In this document: positions 12,013-23,967 of the stretch, one piece after another
Position numbering within the stretch: position 1 is the first letter of the stretch
How the letters are laid out: each line of letters begins with the position of its first letter
From: Phaeosaccion multiseriatum
Taxonomy: Eukaryota; Protista; Ochrophyta, other classes
Direction of reading: 5' to 3'
Assembly (NCBI GenBank): GCA_965112735.1
Contig: OZ218963.1
Location: 2,604,001 to 2,668,000, forward strand
DNA length: 64,000 nt
Position numbers and translations under genes: made by a program
Notes under the pieces: model-generated
Databases searched by the model: none
What the model was told of the DNA's origin: nothing
The model's input: only the letters and a program-made list of their open reading frames with translations

Positions 12013-14073
12013 TGTCGAAACTACCGACAGCTAGCCTCAAAGCCAAGCTAGAGCAGAGCAGGAGCTGAAGCAAGCACCCGGAAGCCAGCCCACACGCAGG
12101 CTGCGCTTCCTTTCTTTTATTACTGATTTACCGTCTGTTGGCCCGTTTTCCGGCCGTTACACTACTGATTGGGTCCCCAAGGGACCCCAACTAGGCCACT
12201 TCTAACATCCCCCTCACTACACCCCCGCCTCTTCCGCCAGCTCCCTCAGAAGCCGAGATGCGAGCGATAGAATTGCGTCTCGTGCGCCAGCCCGCTGCCC
12301 CACTTCTCATGTTGCCGCAGACGGATCGTGCTTTCCCGTTTAGACCTATGCCCTCTTTTGAAATTCACTCCTGGATCAAGGGCAGTGTGCGGAAGGGCGT
12401 TCTCGAACGCCTCTATGGCCTTGGCGTGTCCCCGCTCCAGTAACCACTCAGCCCATTCCCAGGTCTGGAAAGTGCCGCCGTCCGACACGGCCCACCGCAC
12501 GTTATACTCTCGCCGCAGTGGCAGCCCCGTGGCTTTGCGCCAGCGGAACTTCACAATCCTCGCCAGCGTGGGCACTTTCCCCTCACTCACCTCGTCCAGC
12601 TCTAAGCTACGCTGCTCCTGCATTGCGCTGGTAGCCCACTGAGGAGAGCACCAACGGATATGATACCTGGCGAACCCTTCCGGGAGACCGAAGGGCCGCT
12701 CGCTCACCCCATCGATGAACGGCTTCGTCAAATCTCTGTGGTACGCCCGTTGCAGCTGCTCCACACCATTGCCGCGCACCCGTTTCATAGACAGATACAC
12801 TGCGCTGCGCTGCATGACCTGATAGTGCTCTTCACTCACCCGCCCATGCTGAGCACAGTAGGCCCCCAGAGATGGCCAAGGCAAGACTGTATAAGGACCA
12901 TCCCACGAGTGCTGCAGAGCCTTGAGTTGCGCTGACGGGGGCCCTTCGAGTTCTTCCCCTTCTTGCTGGGCGGCGGCACCAGGACGATACAACATCACCT
13001 TGGTTCCGGGTCGCAGGGGCGTCGGCCAACGGCGTGAGGCGTTCTTCAGCTGCAATCTCCCGTGGTAGTCGCAGCGCCTCCCATTTACCACCGCCGCAGC
13101 CGCAGCCAGACGTGCCCGCAGTTCGTGGACCCATGCCGAGGCAGACGAAAACGACCCGTCCTCCACTAGCGCCGGAAGCATCGCCTGTAGAGGCACCGGG
13201 GGGTGCCGACCGAACAAGGCGTAGAATGGCGCCATCCCCGTGCTCTCCTGCGAGCGGCAGTTGTACGCATAGGTGAGCCCGGCGACGTAATCTGGCCACT
13301 GCTGCATCTGTGACTCCACGGTCGTCGCCAACATGTCCTTGATCGTGGCCATGAAGCGCTCCACCTGCCCATTGGCCTGTTGGTGCATCGGCGTCGTGAA
13401 CACTTGCGACGCCGATAGAACCCGCATCACATCGCCCATGAGCGCACTGGTGAACTGCGAGCCTTGATCACTCACCAGCACTCGGGGCACACCCAGGGTG
13501 GTGACGACATGCCGCACGAAGGCCCGAGCAATACCTTCCGCCGTATAGTCCTGTGCCCTCAAAGGCACCACCACTGTCCACTTCGTGAACCAATCCTGAA
13601 ACACCAAGAGGTACTCCTCACCGCCCATGCCCATAGGAAAGGGGCCAGCCACATCAGCGCCCATGACCGCCCAAGGTCCATCCACCTTGGAAATGGACGA
13701 CAGCGGCACAGGCTTTGGCTGCCGGCGAGGAGTCTTGCGTGTCTGGCACGCCAGACAGGAGCGGGCCCAATACAGCGCATGTGCATTCATCTTCTCCCAC
13801 CATACGCGCTCTTGCAGCGCGTCTAGCATACGTCCCGGGCCTTGGTGCCCACCTGCGATGGCATCGGTGTGGGCGGCATGCAGCAAGGCTGGCCGCATCT
13901 CCTTGGGCACACATACTTGTAGCCGAGTGTGCCGCACCCGCCACCGAAAGCCCCCAGGAGCCCACTTACGCATCAAGAGCCCGTCCTCATCCACAAAGAA
14001 CTCACCCCCACCTGCATCCACCACGCCGCCGGTGGGCCCAACCTGAACACGGCGACGGAGTGCTTCCAGCTCC

Positions 14074-15137
14074 TGTTAGAAGTCGTACTTTTGCTAGACT
14101 GATACCTGCCCTCTGAATTCAGACCGGGAGGTATCAGTCTAGCAAAAGTACGACTTCTAACAAGACCGTTGCTAGAAGACGAACCCCCCCCCCCACCGCA
14201 CGTAGTGGAGAGAAGTAACTCGCAGTCTGAGAATCAGCATCATGGGCCAGCAAGCTGGTAACAGTTTTCGCCGAAAAATACGCTTTTCAGAGGGCAGGTA
14301 TCAGTCTAGCAAAAGTACGACTTCTAACAAGGCTAGTTGTGAGTTCGAACCTTAGCTGTCGCTTGTGAAAAAGCGTATTTTTCGGCGAAAACTGTTACCA
14401 GCTTGCTGGCCCATGATGCTGATTCTCAGACTGCGAGTTACTTCTCTCCACTATGTGCGGTGGGGGGGGGGGGGTCGTCTTCTAGCAACGGTCTTGTTAG
14501 AAGTCGTACTTTTGCTAGACTGACACCTCCCGGTCTGAATTCAGAGGGCAGGTATCACTCGCTAGTTGTGAGTTCGAACCCTAGCTGTCGCTTGTGAAAA
14601 AGCGTATTTTTCGGCGAAAACTGTTACCAGCTTGCTGGCCCATGATGCTGATTCTCAGACTGCGAGTTACTTCTCTCCACTATGTGCGGTGGGGGGGGGT
14701 GTTACGACGCGTTTGGATAATACTGAAGGCATATTGGGATGCCTTATATCGTAACAAAAGAGGGGTTCGAGTCCTACCTGAGGAAAGAGAAAAAAAAAAT
14801 AATATGATGTTTCCCGAGGGGGGTTCCCAAGGAGATACCAGAGGGTCGTACCCTGTTGAAAAAAGCACGTGAAAACTGGTGGGATAAACAAAGGGACAGT
14901 ATTTAGGGACGAACGTGTCGGTAGCGCCAACCCCCCGGTGCGAAGGTGTAGGGCTCAAGGAACCCACCTAGGCGTTTGGATAATACTGAAGGCATATTGG
15001 GATGCCTTATATCGTAACAGGGGGGGGTTCGTCTTCTAGCAACGGTCTTGTTAGAAGTCGTACTTTTGCTAGACTGATACCTCCCGGTCTGAATTCAGAG
15101 GGCAGGTATCAGTCTAGCAAAAGTACGACTTCTAACA
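14074..15137. mobile_element. Hairpin-terminal mini-element family A, head-to-head composite, TSD CTCC
   Basis: 89-bp palindromic TG..CA repeat at both ends in inverted orientation. CTCC at 14070-14073 and 15138-15141; the empty site is visible near 52089. Confidence 0.9.
14700..15019 (+). mobile_element. TRIM-like mini-element family D (57-bp repeat TGTTACGA..TCGTAACA), nested in the G-run of element A
   Basis: Direct repeats 14700-14756 and 14972-15019. B-box GGTTCGAGTCC at 14764-14774. Flanked by G runs (GGGG TSD compatible). Confidence 0.75.
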
Positions 15138-18100
15138 CTCCGCATCAGCCCGCTGCGCACGCACCCACCACGCGGCCTCGACATGCAGACTGCCACCCAA
15201 AGCTCCAGCCGCTCGTCTGTGCGCCGCGGCAGCAGGCACCGTGCCTGGTAGAGACCACCCAAACTGTCGCTCTGCCTCTCGTCGATGCCCATCAAGCTCG
15301 CGCTGCAAGGTGGACTCCTGCTCCACCGGCTCCTTGGAAACTGAATCCACTGCATCCTCAGCTTCATTATCCACTGCATCCGCAGCTTCATTACCTGCAT
15401 CCCCCGCTTCTTCCGTGACCAGTAGATCTGCCGTACCAGGCTCCGACGGCGACTCCGCAGCAGGCGGCTCCCCAGGGGGGGTGATGCGGCCCTCCTCCGT
15501 AACAAGCTCCTCACCCTCGGTGGCACCAGCAACGGCAGCTGGACACACCTCCGCGGGCAGACGAGACGCATCCTCCTCAAGCTCGGCCTCCCATGCAGCC
15601 CACGCATGAGCGGCCGCGGCACCCGTTTGCTGAGCCTCCGCTGGTGTGCACATCGAGAAGTAGTCACGCGACACCTGACGGACTTGCTTCCATGGCAACT
15701 CGATCATGGTATCTAGGTGACTGGCCAACGCGCCCACCACCTTCCGCTGGCGCTTATATGTCCGCGTGAACCGCTCCACCATCTGCATCATTGTCTCCCA
15801 CGAGCACTGCAGTTTGAATTGCAGTTTGGCCAGGTCGAATACCTCCAACGTCTTGGAGTGGACACCAAAGATGTAGAGCGGTGATACGTGGTCGCGATCG
15901 CCCCAATAACCAACCGCGGCCTGCATGAACCTGCCGACTTGCATCTCCTCCTGCTCCGCAGGGGTGTGAGCAGGGCTCATCGCGCTAAGCTCCACCCCCG
16001 GGCCACCATAAACGAACGGCACACACTCCGCCATGCGAGGCCAGAGGCGGAGGAGCGCCGCAGCGTCAGCAAACGCGTACTCCCGTTGAGCGGCGGACAG
16101 CGGCCGCTTCGTCCAGTCGGTGGCCCGCTCCTCCTTGCTAAGGTGTTGCTCCAAAAACATGCTGACAAGGTCCTGGAGTCCGATGAACTGAGTATGTTCG
16201 GGGCACACGCGCTTAAAGAGGTCACTGGTGTCCACCAAGTTGACGATGTGCTGGACATGCTCCGCGAGCTCCGGCCATCGGCCCAGGGCACGTTGGTCGT
16301 GACTCCAGTGGTGAGCCAGCTTCACAATCGAGGGTTCGGCCCACAGGTCCCGCAACGCTTGCGCCAGTACCATCATACCCCCCGCCTTCTGAAGCGCGTC
16401 TAGATCAATCAAGAGCCCATAGTCACGCGCCACATCCGGCAGCGGCCCAACCTGCACGGCCAATTGCAGCAGCGACGCGCGCCGTCGGTGACGCGCCCAC
16501 TCCGAATCCATAGCGACCACTTTGGCTGTGCGCAACTGAGTCGATAGAGCCTGCAAGTGCCTCGGCGTAGACACGTACGTGCACCTCGCTGCGGAAATGT
16601 GGCTCACAAATGGCGACATCTGACCCCGCTGCCAGGCGTCTATCACCGCCTTCTTCACACCCAGCTGAGGTGCTCGCGTAGGCTGCCATCCACATTGCTG
16701 GAGACGCTGTGTCCAAGCACGCCGAGCAGTACCCCTGCGTGACTGCGTCGCCGCCAAGTCCACCTCTGCAGTCTGCCAGGCTTGTAGGGCCTCCGCTCCG
16801 CTCTGCTGCTGGTGGTGGCACCGTTGCTGCTGTTGCTGGGCCGTCACGGCAGGCACAGGAATAGGAAGGCGTGTGTCGGCTTCGCCCTGCAGCTGTTGCG
16901 CCACTGCGAGAAAGCGAAGCAGTGCGCCCTCCGTGGGCTCCTCCCAATGAAGGCTGCACTCGTCCCCTACCATCTCCACCAGGTTCAACTGCACCCCCAT
17001 CGAAGCACACCAGGTGTGCAAGGGCGACGGCCACTCGCACGCAACCATGGCCAAGTCTACCCCCGCATGCGTCTCCCACTCCTGCACCGGAAGCGCGTTG
17101 CGAGAGAGGCAGTCAGGCACCACCATTTGCTTCCCGGGACGATGCACAAACTGCAAGTGGTGCGTAGAGAGCCGCTCGTACCATCTGAACAGCTTGGAAT
17201 TGGTATCCTTGTGCCCAGCCAACCACAACAAGGGCTGATGGTCCGTCACCACTGTGGTGGGGTAGTGGCAGATGTACATGGCCAGTTTACGCACACACCA
17301 CACCACTGCCAGCAGCTCTAGCTCCGTGCTGCTCAGTCGCGCCTCCGTCTCCGTGGTAGCCCGACTGATGAACGTCACCACACGCTCCTCCCCGGTCGCA
17401 TCGTTCTGAGAGAGCACTCCTGCTAACCCTTCCGTCGAGGCATCGGTGCTCAGGGTGAAAGTCGTCGCTGGCCCGTACTCCGGAAAAGCCAGTGCAGGGA
17501 AAGACAACAAGTCGGCAACGAGTCCATCCCAAGCTGCATCGTGCGAGGCATTCCAGGCGCGGTGCTCACGTCGACGCCCTTACGCAGCAGCCCATTGAGA
17601 GGCCGCACTTTGCGCGCAAACTCCGGAATGAAACGGCGAAAGTAGCTGAGCATGCCAATGAAACGCCGCACCTGCTTAACTCGATTGACGCCGCCATCCT
17701 TCGCAAGCAACCTCAACGGCTTGACCAGCTCTTGCACCGCCGCATGCTTGGCCGGGTCTGTGCGCACCCCATTCTGATCCAGCAAATGCCCGCAGAACCG
17801 CACCTCCGGTGCACCCAATACAGCCTTACTCGGCTCCAACTTGAGCTTGTGCTCCACCAACCGCGCAAGCACAGCATCCAAATGCTCCAGATGCTGCTCA
17901 ACCGTAGCCGAAAACACAGCAATATCGTCCACAAAGCATGCCACATGCTCCTGAAGCCCCTTGAGCACCTTATTCATAAGCCGCACAAAGACTGCAGGCG
18001 CATTCTTCGCGCCCTGCGGCATCACTCGCCAAGCGTAAGTACCACTGTGGCACACAAAGGTGGATATGTCCTCTTCCGCTGCTGATGCCATCGGCACATT

Positions 18101-21100
18101 GAAGTAGCCCGACATGATGTCCATCACCGAGAACACCTTGGAGCCATGCATCTCTGCCAGCAGATCATCAATCACCGGCATCGCAGGGGCCTCCGTGCGA
18201 CACGCATCATTCAGCTGAGACAAGTCACACGTCATACGTACCACAGGCGTCCCATCCTCATGACACTTGGTTTTGCCAGCTGCGTCCGTCTTCAAGACCG
18301 CCATCAGCGGAGTGGCCCAGCTGGAAGTGCTGGGGCGAATGATGGCAGCCGCGAGAAGCTTGTCAATCTCAATTTCAATCCCCCGCCGCAAATGGGGAGG
18401 ATACCGTCGAGCGGAGCTCCGAATGGGCTGCTGATTCGCATCCTTCAGTCCCCACTCAAAGAAGAGAGTATCCGTCCGACCGTAGTCACCAGGCCTCTGA
18501 CAGAATGCTTGCGACCGAGCGCGAAGGATCGCCACCAGTCCCCAGCGTTGCACCTCCGTCCAGGCACCGTCGCCAATCGTGATAGCGTGCAGGGGCGACG
18601 GTAGCTCCCTGAGCCAGAACTGAGCCCGCTCCGTAGTGAGCTTGGCACGGCGCCGCTGCTCCACCACAAGCTCTCCTGCATCCCACGACTCCACTCCACC
18701 ACCAAGACAGCGACTCTCCTGCAGCACCGCTCGCAATTGGATAAGGAGCAGCAGCGCATTGGTCATATCCTGCTCCACCTTCTCCTGCTGCTGTAATGGG
18801 CGACTAGACCACAACGACAAGAGCTGTTGGGCCCATGCGGCCACAGCAACGTCCCCAACGCCGCTCAGACCCGTGCCAGCGGCTTGGTGTACATGGGGGC
18901 GCAGGAGCAGTAGCGCGGTCACAGCCCCTTCCTCTGCCGCAACCAAGCACTCGCGCAGACGTCCATACACTCGCTCTGACAGGTGAGGATACCACTCCTT
19001 GATCAACTGCACTCCTGCCATCAGAGTCCCACCGGACGTGTCACTCTGGCTACCGAGTCGCAAGGCACCATCCGCATCCAGTACCCACCCATCACCGCGT
19101 AGGTCAGTCAATGATGTGCCCACCGCCGCCGACGATGAACCTGCCTCGGACCGTAGTGGCGGTTCCTCCGACGCCACTGACGATGCCGCCCCTGGCGCAG
19201 GCCTGCTGGTGGAATCATCAGCCACCGCCACGTGGTGGACCTGCAGTGGGCCTGTACGAGGCGGTCGGAGCTCCTGCAACTGTGTCTGACGGCGTCGCGC
19301 TACCGCCGCCGGAGCCACCTGCTGCTGTACCGCATTGGACCGCTGAACCTGCTGAGCTGCCGACGAATCCGCTCGCTTAAAGAGCTCTTCCCGCTGGGCC
19401 TTGTGCCGTCGCTGCAATGCCCACTGGCGTTGCTGCCGTGCCTGCTGCTGTGCCGCTTGTAACCGCTTGGCCTGCTGCGTTGCCAACCATGCTGCTGTCT
19501 CCTCCTTCGAGTCCACTCGTGGTGTGTCAGCTCGTCTGGCCGGCACTCGCACTGTCCCCCCCCAGGAGGACGCCAAGGGCACTCGACGCTCCCGCGGCAC
19601 CGGTCGTTGCCCCAAGTCGCTCCCCCAAGCGAGACGAAGCCCTCGGTGATGCCAGGCGCAGGAGCCGTCAGCGCACAGCTCCCGTCGCAGCGGCAAAACT
19701 TGTCGTCGCACTTGCTCATGGCGCTCCAACACTGCTTGCCGATGAACCTGGTCCCACAGCACAGGAGACTCCACAAGCATTGATGCCACTCTCCGACGTT
19801 GCCGCTGCAACCGCCCAGCACCCACTCGACTCTGCCGACACTGACTCCCCTTCTTGCCGCTGCGCTGCAAATGCTGAAACCGGGCCTTCACTGCCGGCTG
19901 AGGCACCAGAGTCGATGGCACCCCCACCTCAGTCCGTGGGTGCGTCAGGGCCTGCACCTGCACAGCTTGCAGCGGAAGCGCCGTAGCCCCCAGCTCAGCC
20001 TCCTCTGGTACCACCGAGCAGCGAACTACAGGCCCCTGCGGTGGGTACCAGACCGGCTCAGCTCCTGCTTCAGATTCAGCCGGCTGCGGCGACGCCTCCT
20101 CCTCCACCACAGACTCAACCGCCTCCCGCGCCTTGGACCATGGCAGCCTGCGCTTCATCACACGCCTCACCATCCCGCCAAGAACACCAAGCCAGGAGGA
20201 GGGGGCCGCTGCAGTCTCCGGCACGGTATCTGAAGAAGCCGGCTCAGCGAGCATGAGCGCGGCCACCTCAGCGCTCGCCTCCGAGTCGAGCAAGCAAGAA
20301 GCCGTGCCGATGACCTGCCCAGGAACGACCACAATGACCTGATTGTGGTGGTTCTGCACTGTGATTCGGTAACTCTGCCCCCCAGCATACACACCATCTT
20401 TGTGCGCCACTAGAACCTGCTCGTGCTCCAGCCACCATAGAACGTCCGTCTCTGCCGCCAAGTGTCCGTGAGCGCCCAGCTCCACCACCGCCTGGACACC
20501 CTCAACGATACCCGTAAGCTCGAGGAGAAGGGACCCCGTCTGTCCAGGTCCCAAGCTCAAAGCCTCCACAGCACGTACCCCCCCAACAGCAGCGTTTGCC
20601 GTCCACCACTGCCAGCACTTGCACAGCCAAGGCATCGGACGGACGAGCATCCGACGTGGCCTCCTCCGAAGGAGTCGGAAGTACGTAGAGCTGCTTCGCA
20701 CGATGATCGACGTGTGCTAAAGCTACGAACAGTACAGACCGCTCAGGGGTTTGGGCTAATATATGCCGCGTCTGTTGCGACGTCGGTGCCCGTATTGATA
20801 GTCTCTTTACTGCCCGCTGCTTCAAGCGTGGTCTCTTGTCTTGTACTTGGCAGTCTACAGGTCCCTTCGTTGCCACCTGGCACTTTCGGGACTCTCAGGT
20901 ACGTTGAGGCGGGAACTCTCTTTAGGACCGTTCTTATTTCTATAACCCCAGAACGTCCACCCGGAAACCGCAGGCGAGATGGTCCCTTATCACACTACCC
21001 CCAAGCGACAGTCCGAGTCACTCGAGTGCTATAGTACCTGGTGTCTACTACTTTCGTTTCTTCTTGGAACCACTGTCGCGTGATCCGCGTCTCTTGCGGG

Positions 21101-22482
21101 TCGCTGACTGTGCTCTCTGTGTTGACTGCTTGTCTGCAATCCCTTTGAGGTAGGCTCGGACTGCGCTGACTTTCTGCTTGTCCGGGTGACCATCCAGGTA
21201 TTGATTGAACTGCCTGGGGATGTCTGCCATCATAACCTCCACTGGCTCTTCGCTGTTCTCCAGCACCTCGAACCCTTTCCACTTGACTAACACATGCCAT
21301 GTGTCGTCAGCGTGTTGTACTACCCCCAGAAACTTGTCTACAACAAAGTCTCGTGTGGTGTACGAAATCTGCTTCAGTACCTCCGTCGTGAGACCGACAT
21401 CAGCGTCACAATAGTACCTCAGCCTGCTGATGTGAGCATCAAAGACTCGCTTCTTGCCCACTAGCTCCTCAACACGTCCATCACCTCGTTCAAGAAGTGA
21501 TCACCTCTATCACTCATCCACCGCTGGACGATTCCATGCTGCGCGAACCATCGCAGCAGAGCACGATTCCATGCTGCGCGAACCATCGCAGCAGAGCACG
21601 GGCACGTCCCTTCGCAGTAGCTTCATAGCACGGCTCGTACATCGTCAGAGACGAGAAGTCATCCACTGTACTCGCACGAATCAATCGGTCGTCGCCAGCT
21701 CGCCCGGAATGTGCTCAATGGTGTCATCAAAGAGCTCACGGGCTCCACCTTGGCAGATGGATCTGGGCACAACAGCTTGTTGCGCCACACACGATGCTTC
21801 AAAAGAGCCTTCATCATCGGCTCTCTCAACTTGGCGGGGAAGTCATTCTCCCTCACCGTTCTGTCTACTTCACCCCTTAACCGACTGCGCAGCTCCTCCA
21901 TATAGGGTGCCTGCCCAGCTTCGAGGCTGTTGGATGAAATCAATGACACTGTCATACTTGTCCACTACTTCATTAGTTACTTGGTGAGAGCCTATCGCTC
22001 CCACCCTCGGGACTTCTGTGTCACTCACCACCGGGAAGAGGTCATCCTCCGGCAGTGTAGGGCTCTCGGAATGGAAGCTCATCACTCGCGCGGCGCTCGA
22101 ACCGTAAGGCTCTTGCTCCTTCTCTACAAGGGCGCGCCCACGCTCAGCCTCCAACACCTCCTCAACCCTCTTGACATTGAACTTCTGTCGTCACTGTCGC
22201 ATACGGCATCTCAAACTCTAAGTGAACGCCCATCACCGCTTGGCTGGTCTCTGCCAAGCCGTTGGCGGTCTTGACCGTAACAGGCTCACACGCCTTTATC
22301 CTGGCCCTTAGCTTCTCCACACAGAGCTTCGCAATCTCCGGTGTGGTGCAAGCCGCAAAGTCATTCCCACTATCCCATATGAAAGGTATCCTCATGAGGG
22401 CAGGTACTTCCACCATCTCCGGCTCTGTCTCGCCTCGAATGGTCACAGCGCCTCGATCACCTACTGTGTTCACGGCCACTGT

Positions 22483-23586
22483 CTAGTCCGAAAACTCCTC
22501 TACTGAGGCAGTCCTTGGACGATTGCCAGGGGTTAGCTTCTGCTTCCAAATAGCCTTCTTCTGGGCTCTAGTGGTTGTTTTGCAATCGCTCAAGCCATGT
22601 CCAGGCTTTCCACACCCAAAGCACAATCGGCCAGAGCTCTCTTGGTCTGAGGCACTGCCTCCACCCTTGGCTCCCGACTCTTCCCCTTCCTTGGCACTAC
22701 CACTGACCTGAGTGTCAGCGGCCTTGGCAGCTGCAGTATCACTGTTCGGCTGCTGCCGCAACGCGTGGTAATCTTCACCTCTCTTGCGTTTCTTGTCATG
22801 GCGACGTGGTTCACGCACCGAATCTTGCTTTCTGTCCTCTTCTCCTCCTTCTTCTCCTCCTGCACCCCCGTTGAGCTTGTTCGTTTTGGCTCCAGGGAAG
22901 ACTGCTGAGAGAGGAAGATTGATACTACGGACCATGGCGCGTGTCTCATGAAACTTAGTCATGACTTCCACCACCGCTTTGAACCAACCACTACAGTCTT
23001 TGTGCCAGTCCGTCGGCCTAGACTGCTCGTGGTTCACTACTACTGCATGCATGCCGACATCAGCACGCTTGATCACTGTCTTGAAAGCAATCATCGCAGC
23101 CTTGGCAGTAGCTCCTGATTGGGGCTTGCCGTAACCATCATCTTTTGTCTCAACGTCCCACTCCATGGATTTGAACAGAGGGGTTTTCTTCGCTCGGAGC
23201 AGAAACTCCGCATGCGAGTACTTAATGGCCTCCAAAAGCTCTCCACTCGTCAACTTGTCGCTGATGTTCAGCTGCACAGACTGAGCAATGCCCTTCCATG
23301 TGACCTCGCCCTTTTGCCCGGAGGTCTTGATGAAATTCTCCAAGTAACCAAGGATATCTTCGCTCGTCAAGTTGACCTCTGTCTTACCCCAGAACGCAGC
23401 AATCTGAGCCCGCAGGACCTCATCCACCAGCGTACTCATTGCTGGGATACGGCTTGCTTGGTTGATACCCTTCATGCGAGCTTTTCCAGCTTTCCAGTTG
23501 TAGACGAAATCCTGAACATTGTCCGCTCTCAGAGCCCCTTCCAACTTCTTGAACTCCGACAATACCGTGTTGGTGGAGTCCACCAT
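22483..23586 (-). CDS. gag: Gag with CCHC zinc knuckle
   Basis: 367-aa ORF containing CFGCGKPGHGLSDC, directly followed by the protease ORF. Confidence 0.85.
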   Translation of the reverse strand: MVDSTNTVLSEFKKLEGALRADNVQDFVYNWKAGKARMKGINQASRIPAMSTLVDEVLRAQIAAFWGKTEVNLTSEDILGYLENFIKTSGQKGEVTWKGIAQSVQLNISDKLTSGELLEAIKYSHAEFLLRAKKTPLFKSMEWDVETKDDGYGKPQSGATAKAAMIAFKTVIKRADVGMHAVVVNHEQSRPTDWHKDCSGWFKAVVEVMTKFHETRAMVRSINLPLSAVFPGAKTNKLNGGAGGEEGGEEDRKQDSVREPRRHDKKRKRGEDYHALRQQPNSDTAAAKAADTQVSGSAKEGEESGAKGGGSASDQESSGRLCFGCGKPGHGLSDCKTTTRAQKKAIWKQKLTPGNRPRTASVEEFSD

Positions 23587-23967
23587 GTTGCTCTCTTCTC
23601 TCTCGCTGCTGCGAAGCCTCCGCTGATATCTCCCGCAGATTGCTCCGCTGCTGCGAAAACTTCACACTCACGCCTTGTAAAATGCGAGAACTAGTTCTGT
23701 GCTAAAGCTACGAACAGTACAGACCGCTCAGGGGTTTGGGCTAATATATGCCGCGTCTGTTGCGACGTCGGTGCCCGTATTGATAGTCTCTTTACTGCCC
23801 GCTGCTTCAAGCGTGGTCTCTTGTCTTGTACTTGGCAGTCTACAGGTCCCTTCGTTGCCACCTGGCACTTTCGGGACTCTCAGGTACGTTGAGGCGGGAA
23901 CTCTCTTTAGGACCGTTCTTATTTCTATAACCCCAGAACGTCCACCCGGAAACCCCAGGCGAGATGG

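Noticed and set aside
14329-14365. tRNA gene at the GTTCGAACC motifs
   Set aside because: No cloverleaf or acceptor stem could be built; only the B-box is retained.
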